Source: Klebsiella phage vB_KaeD_HazelMika. Taken from it: a stretch of 51,552 nt of DNA. Under the pieces are notes generated by a model, which searched no databases, was not told where the DNA came from, and saw only the letters and a list, made by a program, of their open reading frames with translations. This document shows, piece after piece, positions 1 through 9,164 of this stretch. Every line of letters begins with the position of its first letter. The stretch's first letter is position 1. Both the position numbers and the translations under genes were made by a program. Location of the stretch: the sequence record OL539457.1; one strand, 5' to 3'.

Positions 1-7
1 AAACTAA

Positions 8-28
8 CCCGCTTCGGCGGGTTTTTTT
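8..28 (+). terminator. rho-independent terminator (cccgcTTCGgcggg + T7)
   Basis: GC stem with UUCG loop followed by a 7-T run. It probably terminates the gene ending at 51551 if the genome is circularly permuted or terminally redundant. Confidence 0.6.
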
Positions 29-40
29 ACGTCTGCAATC

Positions 41-49
41 TGGTATAAT
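41..49 (+). promoter_or_regulatory. extended -10 promoter TGGTATAAT
   Basis: TGnTATAAT immediately downstream of the terminator, with no good -35. The same terminator plus extended -10 arrangement occurs at 15757-15792. Confidence 0.5.
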
Positions 50-83
50 GCAACCCTATATTCACACACTGGAGGGCGGAACC

Positions 84-629
84 ATGTCACGCCATGAAGA
101 TGACGATCAGGACTACACGAGCAAGGCGCAGGAGAAAATTAAAACCGGAAACTTCAAAGCCCTGTACCTCAAGCAGTACGGCGACATTGCAAACCTCAAT
201 CACCGCCACAACTACACGCCGGAACAGGTGTTTAACCTTGCTGTGCGCTATTTTACGTGGGCTGAGGAAAACGCTATTAAGGCGGCGGAAACCGCAGCAT
301 TTCAGGGCATTGTTACTGAAAATTTAGTGCATAAAGTGCGAATCTTTACGATCAATGGCCTTTCTCTTTTCACGTCGATCTCAAAGGGCGCTTTCTTGAA
401 GTGGCGCAGTGAGCCTGGTTTTTGTGACGTGATGGAGTTTATCGACGGCGTGATCCATGAGCAGAAATTCCAGCTTGCCGCCAACGGCATCATTAACGCT
501 GGGTTTATCGGAAAAGATCTGGGAATCGACAAGCCAGCAGAGGTGAAGGTTGAAAACAACAACACCCTAAGCGCGGTTACTACCGAAGAAGTGAAAGACG
601 CTGTGCGGGATATCTTGGGGGAATTATGA
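84..629 (+). CDS. terminase small subunit (putative)
   Basis: Sits immediately upstream of the large terminase and overlaps it in ATGA fashion. RBS GGAGGG lies 7 nt before the ATG at 84. The ORF-track start at 48 lies inside the -10 element. Confidence 0.5.
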   Translation: MSRHEDDDQDYTSKAQEKIKTGNFKALYLKQYGDIANLNHRHNYTPEQVFNLAVRYFTWAEENAIKAAETAAFQGIVTENLVHKVRIFTINGLSLFTSISKGAFLKWRSEPGFCDVMEFIDGVIHEQKFQLAANGIINAGFIGKDLGIDKPAEVKVENNNTLSAVTTEEVKDAVRDILGEL

Positions 630-2212
630 TTTTGTGGGAAGAGTTGAATCCAGCGCAAAAGCTGGCAATCAAGGTGATGAGTGAATCATCTTTCGACAAG
701 CTAATTAAAATCTGGTTCCAGTTGATGCAGGGGCAGAAGTTCCAGGGTAACTGGCACTTTAGCTTGATGTGCTGGAAGGTTGAGCAGATCATCAGGGGTG
801 AGATTCAGAACGTGATTTTTAACGTCACGCCTGGCTCTGGTAAAACGGAAGTGTTTTCAATCCATACTCCGATTTACGGGATGATCAACAGCGACAAGGT
901 GCGAAACCTCAACCTTTCGTTTTCTGACAGCCTCGTTAAAGACAACGGCACGCGCACGCGTGAGATCGTAGGTTCAGACGAGTTCCAGGAGTTATGGCCT
1001 ACTAAGATCACCAAAGCCAGCGGCGGCGATATCACATCGCTAAACGACAAGGGCAAGGCATGGCTCACGCTAACATCACGAGCTATCGGCGGGCAGGTAA
1101 CAGGTAAGCGCGGCGGCTACATGGATGCACCAGGCAAGCCCTGGAAGTTCAGCGGAATGTTGATGCTTGATGACCCCGACAAGCCAAAAGATATGTATTC
1201 AGCAGTGAAGCGCAAGGCGGCGCACACCCTGCTAAAAAACACCGTTCGCTCACGTCGAATGAATGACCGCACGCCGTGCGTAGTTGTGCAGCAGCGCCTG
1301 CACGTCAACGATTCAACATGGTTTTTGATGAATGGCGGCTTAGGTGGCATTAAGTTTGAGCAAGTTGTGATCCCAGCGTTAGTTACGGAAGATTACGGCG
1401 ATACGCTTCCTGATTGGTTGAAAGAAGAGTTTGATCGCGACGTGCTATCGTCCGAGCCTGTTTACATTGACGGCGTGGCGCACTACTCTTTTTGGCCTGC
1501 AAAGGAAAGCGCAGAAAGCTTGCTGGCTCTTCGTGAGGCGGATTTGTACACCTTCGAATCACAGTACCAGCAGAAGCCGATCGCCCTGGGCGGCAACGCG
1601 TTTAAATCGGAATGGTTCCAGCATTACGGCGAGGGTGAGGGCGCAGACCTTCCGACGCCGGACAAGTTCGAATACCTGTTTACAACGGCTGACACCGCGC
1701 AGAAAACAGACGAGATTCACGATTACACTGTATTCTGCTTGTGGGGCAAGTACAAAAACCGCGTTTATTTCATTGATGGCATTCGCGGGAAGTGGGAGGC
1801 ACCAGACCTTGAAAAAATGGCGTTAGCATTCTATGCCGAATCATTCAGGAAAGCGAAGGAAATGAAGGTTGCGATCCGAAAGATTTACATTGAGGACAAG
1901 GCGAGCGGCACGGGCTTGATTCAGGCAATCAAAAAGAAATTGCCGATCGACATTACGCCAGTGCAGCGCGATAGCGACAAAGTAACTCGCGCGATGGATG
2001 CGGCACCAATCATGAAGGCTGGGCGTTGCGTATTCCCTGAATCGCACCCAATGCTCACCGAAATGGAAGCCGAGCTTGTGGCCTTCACGTTCGATGACAG
2101 TCACCCTCACGACGATATTGTTGATAACGTGGTTGATGCTGTTAACTTCGAAATGAACATGATTGATGATCCGGTTGAGCGCATGAAGCGGCTGGCGGGT
2201 ATGAAAAAATAG
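626..2212 (+). CDS. terminase large subunit
   Basis: 528 aa, position and size fit. The N-terminal half has ATPase-like motifs (VTPGSGKT) and the C-terminal half is nuclease-like with acidic residues. Confidence 0.8.
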   Translation: MILWEELNPAQKLAIKVMSESSFDKLIKIWFQLMQGQKFQGNWHFSLMCWKVEQIIRGEIQNVIFNVTPGSGKTEVFSIHTPIYGMINSDKVRNLNLSFSDSLVKDNGTRTREIVGSDEFQELWPTKITKASGGDITSLNDKGKAWLTLTSRAIGGQVTGKRGGYMDAPGKPWKFSGMLMLDDPDKPKDMYSAVKRKAAHTLLKNTVRSRRMNDRTPCVVVQQRLHVNDSTWFLMNGGLGGIKFEQVVIPALVTEDYGDTLPDWLKEEFDRDVLSSEPVYIDGVAHYSFWPAKESAESLLALREADLYTFESQYQQKPIALGGNAFKSEWFQHYGEGEGADLPTPDKFEYLFTTADTAQKTDEIHDYTVFCLWGKYKNRVYFIDGIRGKWEAPDLEKMALAFYAESFRKAKEMKVAIRKIYIEDKASGTGLIQAIKKKLPIDITPVQRDSDKVTRAMDAAPIMKAGRCVFPESHPMLTEMEAELVAFTFDDSHPHDDIVDNVVDAVNFEMNMIDDPVERMKRLAGMKK

Positions 2213-2221
2213 TTGTATACT

Positions 2222-2248
2222 GGCTGGGCTAATAACCCAGCCTTTTTT
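2222..2248 (+). terminator. stem-loop + T-run between terminase and portal
   Basis: ggctgggctaataacccagcc followed by TTTTTT. Confidence 0.5.
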
Positions 2249-2262
2249 ATGAGGAAAAAACA

Positions 2263-3585
2263 ATGAGTGCAAAAAACAAACAGCCCAACAAGGTTGTAAG
2301 GTCTGACTCATACGATCAGACGTTCAAGAGCGAGCAAACAGCAGGATCATCAATCCTTACCATGTACGATCTCACGCAGTTCTATATTGATGACCCGCTA
2401 GCGAGAAAGATTGTTGACGTAATCCCAGAGGAAATGGTTACGCCTGGCTTCGGGCTTGACGGCATCGCAGATGAGAAGGCCTTTAAATCAACGTGGGATT
2501 CCCTGCACCTCAACGAGAAAATCATTGAAGCGCTTTGTTGGTCGCGTCTGTATGGCGGTTCCGCTATCGTCGCCGTTGTTCGCGATAATCGCGCGCTGAC
2601 TTCACCGATCAGTGACGCAGGCGGCGTGCTTGAGTCGATCCGCGTTTACGAGAAAGACCAGGTAAAGGTTAAGTCGAAGGAGCAGAACGCACGAAACCCG
2701 CGCTTTGGTCTGCCGAAGATTTACACCATCAACCCTGGCGACGGCGTGAGCGAATACGACATTCATTATTCCCGCCTGTACGTGTTTGACGGCTCGCGAA
2801 TCCCTGATTCAATCCGCCGACAAAATAACGGTTGGGGCGTTACGGTCTTGAGCAAGAAGCTTGTTGAATCCATCCAGGATTACAACTATTGCGAAGAGTT
2901 GGCAACGCAGCTTTTGCGCCGTAAGCAGCAGGGCGTTTGGAAGGCTCGCGGCCTGGCGGATTTGTGCGATGATGATGAGGGGCGTTTCGCGGCTCGCATC
3001 CGGCTTGCGCAGGTTGACGATAACAGCGGCGTTGGGCGATCGATCGGGATTGATGCAACGGACGAGGAATACGAGGTTTTAAACTCCGACATTAGCGGCG
3101 TAGATACCTTCCTTGATAAGAAAATGGATCGCATCGTGAACTATTCCGGCATCCATGAAATCATCCTGAAAAACAAAAACGTTGGCGGTGTCTCCTCAAG
3201 CCAAAACACGGCACTTGAAACGTTTTACAAGCTGATTGACCGCCGACGCAACGAGATTTACCGCCCATTCCTTGAATGGATTATTCCATTTATTATTGCG
3301 GATAAGGAATGGAATATTCGCTTTGAGCCGCTATCGGTTCCGAGCGAGAAAGATCAGGCCGAAACCTTCGGCAAGTACGCCAGCGCAATCAAAGACCTTG
3401 TAACAGAGCAGGTGGTTGATCCTGACGAGGCGCGCAATACGCTTGAGGCAGTATCGGACGTGTTGAAATTGAAGGCCGGAAGCCCTAAACTACCGCCACG
3501 AGATCCGAAGGCAAACGAGCAGGGTAACGATCCTGCATCAATCACACCAGAAGGAAAAAACAATGAAGGTGAAACGGATAGTTAA
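2263..3585 (+). CDS. portal protein
   Basis: 440 aa immediately after TerL, with an acidic C-terminus, as expected for a lambda gpB-position portal. Confidence 0.75.
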   Translation: MSAKNKQPNKVVRSDSYDQTFKSEQTAGSSILTMYDLTQFYIDDPLARKIVDVIPEEMVTPGFGLDGIADEKAFKSTWDSLHLNEKIIEALCWSRLYGGSAIVAVVRDNRALTSPISDAGGVLESIRVYEKDQVKVKSKEQNARNPRFGLPKIYTINPGDGVSEYDIHYSRLYVFDGSRIPDSIRRQNNGWGVTVLSKKLVESIQDYNYCEELATQLLRRKQQGVWKARGLADLCDDDEGRFAARIRLAQVDDNSGVGRSIGIDATDEEYEVLNSDISGVDTFLDKKMDRIVNYSGIHEIILKNKNVGGVSSSQNTALETFYKLIDRRRNEIYRPFLEWIIPFIIADKEWNIRFEPLSVPSEKDQAETFGKYASAIKDLVTEQVVDPDEARNTLEAVSDVLKLKAGSPKLPPRDPKANEQGNDPASITPEGKNNEGETDS

Positions 3586-4318
3586 AGCGTGGCGCTATCC
3601 CGAAGCGAGTGAGCGGCAGTTAGGCCGCTCTCTTTCAGAGTTCGCGAGCGATCTTGTCGTATTCGCTCGTGACAAACTGGACGGGATGAGGTTCGACGCT
3701 TCCGACGCGGAAATCAACAATGCAGAGAAAGAGCTTGAAGATTACGCAGCAGAATTGCTGGCATCACTAGCAATGGCGCTTCCGGCGCTTGCGTTGCAGA
3801 TCTATAAGTTCAACTCAAAGCAATGGTATCTCGTGGCGGTATCGGCTGGCGGTGCGAAAAATGAAGCGGTTGCACTTCTGGATCTGTTAGGCGCGAGCGC
3901 TAACGAGACGTGGTATCAGGAGAAGCAGCAGCAATGGCTATCACTGACGGAAGCCAGTTACCGCAAATTAGCAAATGACATTATCGCTGATTGGTCGCAT
4001 AACGTAAGGCGTGCAAACATCCAGGCAAAAGGCCGTGACTATGTAGACGAAGTGATTGAGCAGCGTTACAAGGTTTACACTGGCTGGAGCTATAACAGAT
4101 CGCGCGGAATCGTCGCCACCTGGAACAGTATTCTAATGCGCCAGCGCCTTGATGATGCGGGCGTGACTCACTACCTATGGCGTGGTAAACTTGACGAGCG
4201 AGAGCGATTAAAGCACTTGCGATGGGAAGGCAAAAGAATTGGCGTTGATAGCGATCATATTTTCCCTGGCGAAGAATATGGTTGTAGATGCTGGGCGGAG
4301 CCGGACTTCACAACTTAA
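3563..4318 (+). CDS. head morphogenesis / minor capsid protein
   Basis: 251 aa, overlaps the portal 3' end. Its position is typical of SPP1 gp7 / Mu F-like head morphogenesis proteins. Confidence 0.5.
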   Translation: MKVKRIVKAWRYPEASERQLGRSLSEFASDLVVFARDKLDGMRFDASDAEINNAEKELEDYAAELLASLAMALPALALQIYKFNSKQWYLVAVSAGGAKNEAVALLDLLGASANETWYQEKQQQWLSLTEASYRKLANDIIADWSHNVRRANIQAKGRDYVDEVIEQRYKVYTGWSYNRSRGIVATWNSILMRQRLDDAGVTHYLWRGKLDERERLKHLRWEGKRIGVDSDHIFPGEEYGCRCWAEPDFTT

Positions 4319-4329
4319 AGGAATCAAAA

Positions 4330-5436
4330 ATGAAACAACGTTTCGATTATATCATGTTAAAGGCGCATAAGGATGAACACGGTTTTCTCGTTGACACTCC
4401 GGTTGTTGCCCGCGTTGGCCTGCAAGAATACACCTTGCCAGATGGCACAATTCAACGCGAATTCAGGCCGCGAAGTGAAGTTTTCGCCTGGGATTCACTG
4501 GAAAGCTATCGCGGAAAATCAATCACCCTGGGGCACGTTGTAGTAACCCCAGAGAACGCGAAGAAGGTTACGGTTGGTAACTGCTCCGGCGCGGCATTTG
4601 GTGAAGAGGCAGAAGGCAAGGTGCGTTGCCCTGTAACCATCATGGACGAAAAAGCCATTGATGCAGCGGAAAGCGGGAAGGCACCAGAACTTTCGGTTGG
4701 TTACACGGTTGTAGAAATCCATGAAAGCGGCTGGGGTTCGAACCAATCAGGGGACTACATCTTTAAGCGGGATATGCCGGATGATTATGTGATCCCGTCC
4801 GATTGGGTTGAGTTCGACGTACTGCAAACCCAGATCAGGGTTAACCATTTGGCAATGGTGAAAAAAGGTCGCGCAGGCGTTGCCAGATTAAACCTTGACG
4901 GCTCAGAGGAAATCAAATATGATGAGCCTGTCACTAATTCAAACGAAGAGGATAAACCAATGTTAGTTAAAATCAAGATCGACTCCGCAGAAGTGGAAGT
5001 GTCCAAAGACGTAGCAGACCACATCGCTAAACAGGACGCGGCAATTGCCACTCACACTGGCGCACTCGCAAAAGTTGAAGCAGAGCGCGACGCGTTGCAG
5101 GTTAGGGTTGACGGCATCCCCGCAGAAATCGAAAAAGCAGTTGCAGCAGAAAAAACCAAAGCTGACGAAGCCGCCGCGATCGTACTGATTGCCACGGAAG
5201 CTGGCATTAAGTGTGACGGCCTGGACAGCAAAGGCATTAAAGTTGCCTTCATCAAAGAAGTGCTGGGCATCGACGCTAAAGATAAATCTGACGCTTACGT
5301 TGATCAGTCGTTTGAAATCGCCAAAGATTCTGATAAGATGGCACAGAATCGCGCGAAAGTTCACGGCGACAGCGCAGAAGAGCGCAACGACGCGGCAAAC
5401 GATCTGCCAGATCCGCAAGCACGCTTCCGTAAGTAA
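4330..5436 (+). CDS. prohead protease/scaffold-like protein
   Basis: RBS AAGGA precedes the ATG at 4330. The C-terminal half is Ala/Glu/Lys-rich and coiled-coil-like, as in scaffolds. It occupies the lambda C/Nu3 position. Confidence 0.5.
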   Translation: MKQRFDYIMLKAHKDEHGFLVDTPVVARVGLQEYTLPDGTIQREFRPRSEVFAWDSLESYRGKSITLGHVVVTPENAKKVTVGNCSGAAFGEEAEGKVRCPVTIMDEKAIDAAESGKAPELSVGYTVVEIHESGWGSNQSGDYIFKRDMPDDYVIPSDWVEFDVLQTQIRVNHLAMVKKGRAGVARLNLDGSEEIKYDEPVTNSNEEDKPMLVKIKIDSAEVEVSKDVADHIAKQDAAIATHTGALAKVEAERDALQVRVDGIPAEIEKAVAAEKTKADEAAAIVLIATEAGIKCDGLDSKGIKVAFIKEVLGIDAKDKSDAYVDQSFEIAKDSDKMAQNRAKVHGDSAEERNDAANDLPDPQARFRK

Positions 5437-5446
5437 TATCGAAACC

Positions 5447-5470
5447 GCGCCTTTCGGGGCGCTTTAAAAT
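5447..5470 (+). terminator. stem-loop gcgccTTTCggggcgc + T-rich
   Basis: Hairpin followed by TTTAAAAT; weak terminator. Confidence 0.45.
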
Positions 5471-5495
5471 CTCTCAAGAAAAAGGAAATAACATC

Positions 5496-6029
5496 ATGGC
5501 ACTTATCAAAGCTTCCTGGACTGTACGCCGTTCCAAAGCCTATGCGGGCATGACTCCGGCTGATACCTCTCTTTATAACATCGACGGCACTTGTTGCTCT
5601 GGCGTGCCAAACCTGAAAGCAGGTGTAATCGTGGCGCTGGACGCAACGCAAAAAGTCGTTGACGGTCACAAAGTAGTTACCAACGTGATCGACACTGGCG
5701 CGGCAAATCCTAAGCTGGTTGGCGCAACAATCATGTCTCACGCGTACTCGCCGGAAGGTTTTTACGATGAAGGTTCGGCGGTTAACGTCATTACTCACGG
5801 TCGCGCCTGGGTTCTGTGTAAAAAAGACCTCACCGACGAAAACAAAGAGTTTGGCAACCAGGTCTTTGTTGACGCTGACGGCATCGTTTCAAACTCCGGC
5901 GCTGGCGTGATTGGTACTGTTTACACCGCAACTGGCGAATGGTTCAAAACTGACGATGCGAATTACGATATCGTCAAGATCCAGATCACCCAGGCGCAAT
6001 TCCAGCTACCAGCAGCGGGCGGCGCGTAA
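5496..6029 (+). CDS. head decoration-like structural protein (lambda gpD position)
   Basis: 177 aa between the scaffold and the major capsid gene. It is flanked by terminators on both sides, suggesting high expression, and has an RBS AAAGGAAAT. Confidence 0.4.
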   Translation: MALIKASWTVRRSKAYAGMTPADTSLYNIDGTCCSGVPNLKAGVIVALDATQKVVDGHKVVTNVIDTGAANPKLVGATIMSHAYSPEGFYDEGSAVNVITHGRAWVLCKKDLTDENKEFGNQVFVDADGIVSNSGAGVIGTVYTATGEWFKTDDANYDIVKIQITQAQFQLPAAGGA

Positions 6030-6036
6030 TCCGAAA

Positions 6037-6059
6037 GGAGCCGAAAGGCTCCTTTTTTA
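6037..6059 (+). terminator. rho-independent terminator ggagccgaaaggctcc + T6
   Basis: Perfect 6-bp stem with a GAAA loop and a T-run. Confidence 0.7.
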
Positions 6060-6079
6060 TTAGCTATCACAAAATCTTG

Positions 6080-6107
6080 TTGACCGTTTAGCAAAAAGTG
6101 CTATTAT
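6080..6107 (+). promoter_or_regulatory. sigma70-like promoter TTGACC-16-TATTAT for major capsid gene, overlapped by reversed TAGCA-N5-TGCTA palindrome
   Basis: Near-consensus hexamers. The spacer at 6087-6103 is the reverse complement of the conserved module motif, reading TAGCACTTTTTGCTAAA on the minus strand. Confidence 0.6.
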
Positions 6108-6149
6108 GAACGCGTGAACTAATCACTTCAAACAACAAAGGAAATCATC

Positions 6150-7103
6150 ATGACTATGAAACTTGATTCATTCGAGAAGAACGAAATCACCCACGGCCTC
6201 CGCAAAATGGGCGTTTCGGCAAGTAAGGCAGACGGCCTGGGCATCTGGACTGTAGAGCAGATGAAGCAGACCTTAAAGCGCCAGTACGAAGCCGCTTACC
6301 CTGAAACCTCCGCGCTGGCGTTGTTCCCTGTAACAACCGAGCTTGCGCCAACAACCCGAATCTTCGAATATATGAAATTCGATGGCGTGACGATGGCAAA
6401 GATTATCGCGGATTATACCGATGACCTGCCAACCGTTGACGCAACGCATAGCCTGGAAACTGGCCGCGTGCATCGCCTGGGTAACGCATGGTTGATTTCC
6501 ATCGACGAAATCAAAACAGGTCAAGCGCTGGGCACTAGCCTTTCCGACCGCAAAGCGTCACTGGCTCGCGAAGGCCATGAATCACTGGTTAATGAACTGG
6601 TGTTCCAGGGTTCCAAGCCTCACAAAATTCTGTCTGTATTTGATCACCCAAACATCACACGCGTAACCTCTGCGGCTGGCGCATGGGCTGACCCTGAGAA
6701 GGCATCAGACGAACTGGAAGATCTGATCGCGAAGATGGAAGAGCTTACCAAAGGCAAGCACAAGATCACCGACATCGTGATCCCGCCATCACAGCGTAAA
6801 TTGCTGGCAAAACGTATGCCTGAAACCACTATGTCATATTTGCAGTGGTTCGAGTCTCAAAACTCCGGCATCACGATTTCTTCAATCTCCGAGCTTGAAG
6901 ATATCGACGGCATCGGCACTAAAGCTGTACTGGCTTATGAAAAAGATCCGCTCAACATGAGCATTGAGATCCCAGAAGCCTTTAACATGCTGCCAATGCA
7001 GGCAAAAGATCTGCACTTTAAAGTGCCGTGTACTTCCAAGGCAACTGGCCTGATCGTATATCGCCCTCTGACGATTATCATGCTGGTTGGCGTAGGTAAG
7101 TAA
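6150..7103 (+). CDS. major capsid protein (lambda gpE-like position)
   Basis: 317 aa with a strong RBS AAAGGAAAT, preceded by a strong promoter and followed by a terminator. The gene order portal-protease/scaffold-decoration-MCP matches lambda. Confidence 0.65.
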   Translation: MTMKLDSFEKNEITHGLRKMGVSASKADGLGIWTVEQMKQTLKRQYEAAYPETSALALFPVTTELAPTTRIFEYMKFDGVTMAKIIADYTDDLPTVDATHSLETGRVHRLGNAWLISIDEIKTGQALGTSLSDRKASLAREGHESLVNELVFQGSKPHKILSVFDHPNITRVTSAAGAWADPEKASDELEDLIAKMEELTKGKHKITDIVIPPSQRKLLAKRMPETTMSYLQWFESQNSGITISSISELEDIDGIGTKAVLAYEKDPLNMSIEIPEAFNMLPMQAKDLHFKVPCTSKATGLIVYRPLTIIMLVGVGK

Positions 7104-7109
7104 TCCGAA

Positions 7110-7137
7110 GCCCCTGATTAATTTCAGGGGCTTTTTT
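7110..7137 (+). terminator. rho-independent terminator
   Basis: gcccctgattaatttcaggggc followed by TTTTTTG. Confidence 0.7.
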
Positions 7138-7138
7138 G

Positions 7139-7167
7139 TTGACACGAGCGGCACCAGAGATTATATT
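7139..7167 (+). promoter_or_regulatory. sigma70 promoter TTGACA-17-TATATT
   Basis: Consensus -35, 17-nt spacer and a good -10. It drives the 88-aa ORF at 7213. Confidence 0.65.
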
Positions 7168-7212
7168 GAAGCCCTCAAGCAGTTAATTAACCAACCAAAG
7201 GAAATCCAAATC

Positions 7213-7479
7213 ATGGCTACTGAAAAACTCATTAAGCTGGAAAACTGCGGCGCTTGCCTCATACGTATCGGCAAGGTTGACATTGCACCAGGGGGTAAAT
7301 TTGAAGTTACCGAAGAGCAGTTAAATTCCCAGGGTATCAAGTACCTCTTCAACCGCGAAGAAGTGCAGTTTGAGGATAACCCCAAACGAACCCGCGAATT
7401 CCTCGAGAAGATTCGCGAAAAGAAAAAGCCCGTCGTTGAAAAATCACTGGCAGAACGCGAAGAAGGCGGAATCGTCTAA
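7213..7479 (+). CDS. hypothetical protein, own transcription unit (moron-like)
   Basis: 88 aa with a CxxC motif, RBS AAAGGAAAT, flanked by a dedicated promoter and terminator. Confidence 0.5.
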   Translation: MATEKLIKLENCGACLIRIGKVDIAPGGKFEVTEEQLNSQGIKYLFNREEVQFEDNPKRTREFLEKIREKKKPVVEKSLAEREEGGIV

Positions 7480-7486
7480 AACCTTC

Positions 7487-7514
7487 CAGGGGCGCTTATG
7501 CGCTCCTTTTTTTA
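7487..7514 (+). terminator. rho-independent terminator
   Basis: ggggcgcttatgcgctcc followed by T7. Confidence 0.65.
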
Positions 7515-7530
7515 ACTTGAGGAATTAATT

Positions 7531-7941
7531 ATGAACGAAGAGCAATACGCAGCAGCGGAGTTTATGCGCAGCCTAGCGCCAGCATTAAAGGGCGTTGATG
7601 ATGTGACGATTATAGCATGGCTAACGCTTGCCGAAATGTTCGTTTGCCGGAACCGATTCAAGGCAGACTACCCGAAAGCGCTGGGGCTTTACGCAATGCA
7701 CCTGATGTTTCTTGATGGCGCAATGAAGAAGGAGGGCGAAAGCATTGAGAACTACTCACGCAGATTGACCAGCTACACTCTGATCGGTGAATTTTCTATG
7801 AGCTATGGCGCTGCAACTTCAAACACGGACGAGCGGCAGATTACCCAGACACCGTGGGGCAAGATGTACGATATTCTCAACAAGAAAAAAGGCGGCGGCT
7901 TCGGCCTGCTTTCCGGCATTAACAGAGGGTGCGGGCGATGA
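7531..7941 (+). CDS. head-tail connector / head completion protein (putative)
   Basis: 136 aa with RBS GAGGAAT. It is the first of four overlapping small genes between the capsid and major tail genes. Confidence 0.35.
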   Translation: MNEEQYAAAEFMRSLAPALKGVDDVTIIAWLTLAEMFVCRNRFKADYPKALGLYAMHLMFLDGAMKKEGESIENYSRRLTSYTLIGEFSMSYGAATSNTDERQITQTPWGKMYDILNKKKGGGFGLLSGINRGCGR

Positions 7942-8312
7942 TTGATTATAACGAAGTGCAGAGGCTCACCGATCAGGGAATCGAGGCTTTTTCCGGTGGC
8001 GGCTCATTTGAGATCATCATCACTGGAGCTGGAAAGAAGATTGTAAACGGTGAAGAGGTTGTGATCCAAGAGGTTCGCGGCACTGTTTACGGCGCTGTGC
8101 GGGCTATCAGTCAACGCTACGTTGACGGTGAAACAATCTTGCAGGGCGACAAGCGCGCCTTCTTCTCGAACGTCACGCCGATTGAAAACGGTATGATCAT
8201 AATCCTTGAGGGCAAGCACTGGCGAGTGATCGACAATCGACCAGTAAACCCAACTCAAGGCCACGTGATCGCATATCGTCCAATTCTGCGAAAGGTGGCA
8301 TCGCATGGCTAA
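7929..8312 (+). CDS. head-tail adaptor (putative)
   Basis: 127 aa, overlapping neighbours; position-based call. Confidence 0.3.
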   Translation: MRAMIDYNEVQRLTDQGIEAFSGGGSFEIIITGAGKKIVNGEEVVIQEVRGTVYGAVRAISQRYVDGETILQGDKRAFFSNVTPIENGMIIILEGKHWRVIDNRPVNPTQGHVIAYRPILRKVASHG

Positions 8313-8748
8313 CTACCAGATCAGAGAGTTTCATGATTCGGTGGCAAAGTGGATTAAGGCATCGCAATTGGGGCTGGAGGATGTTGTCAGGATCATGGTT
8401 GCCAACATCCACAAGGATTTAGTTTACGGCTCACCAGTTGACACGGGGCGCTTTCGTGCCAACTGGCAGATTACCGCCAACGTGCCGCCGTTCTACGCGC
8501 TCAACCAGTACGACAAAGACGGGAAGAAAACCATTGCAGAAGGTAAGCGAATCACAAACGCCATGCTCACCAGGGGCGCTGCAATAACCACGATTTACTT
8601 TTCCAATATGCTTATTTATGCCAATGCTCTTGAGTACGGGCATTCGAAGCAAGCGCCAGCAGGCGTGCTGGGAATCGTGGCAATCCGGTTGAGATCTTAC
8701 GTTAATAACGCAATTAAAGAGTCGAGGCTAAAAAATGGTGTTAGATGA
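8305..8748 (+). CDS. neck/tail completion protein (putative)
   Basis: 147 aa; position-based call. Confidence 0.3.
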   Translation: MANYQIREFHDSVAKWIKASQLGLEDVVRIMVANIHKDLVYGSPVDTGRFRANWQITANVPPFYALNQYDKDGKKTIAEGKRITNAMLTRGAAITTIYFSNMLIYANALEYGHSKQAPAGVLGIVAIRLRSYVNNAIKESRLKNGVR

Positions 8749-9163
8749 TTATGATGTTGAGGTTTCGGCGCGTAAGGCGCTTGCCTCTTTCGTTGGAGAG
8801 CGTTACCCGATCGCCTTTCCGAACTATGATTTCACCGAGCCGGATGATGGTTCAATGTGGTTAAAGTTCGACTACGTGCCAGTTGATAAGGTCTACAGGT
8901 CACTTGATCGCAAGTGCATTAGCCTGATATCTATGATTCAAATCGGCGTTATCTTCCAACCTGGAAGCGGTACGGACGACGCGCGCAAGCTGGCGAAAGA
9001 GCTTGTGAATTTTTTCGAAGATGGTAAAATCCTGAATGTGGGTTTTATTTTAAGCGGGGCGGAAACAAAGCCAACGCTAAAACACAATGCGGGCTGGCTA
9101 ATACCTATCCGCTTCACTGTCAGATATGACGAACACCCAGAACGGGAAAACAAAGGAGTTTAA
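8735..9163 (+). CDS. tail terminator-like protein (putative)
   Basis: 142 aa immediately upstream of the major tail protein. Confidence 0.3.
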   Translation: MVLDDYDVEVSARKALASFVGERYPIAFPNYDFTEPDDGSMWLKFDYVPVDKVYRSLDRKCISLISMIQIGVIFQPGSGTDDARKLAKELVNFFEDGKILNVGFILSGAETKPTLKHNAGWLIPIRFTVRYDEHPERENKGV

Positions 9164-9164
9164 T

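Noticed and set aside
94-327. Small overlapping or antisense ORFs inside large genes: 94-327, 302-658, 874-1068, 1117-1350, 1431-1826, 1841-2311, 17761-18012, 18588-19026 and many similar.
   Set aside because: They are fully embedded in well-supported long genes (terminase, J-like, tape measure), lack RBS, and are often Arg/Ser/Cys-rich as expected for out-of-frame reading of coding DNA.
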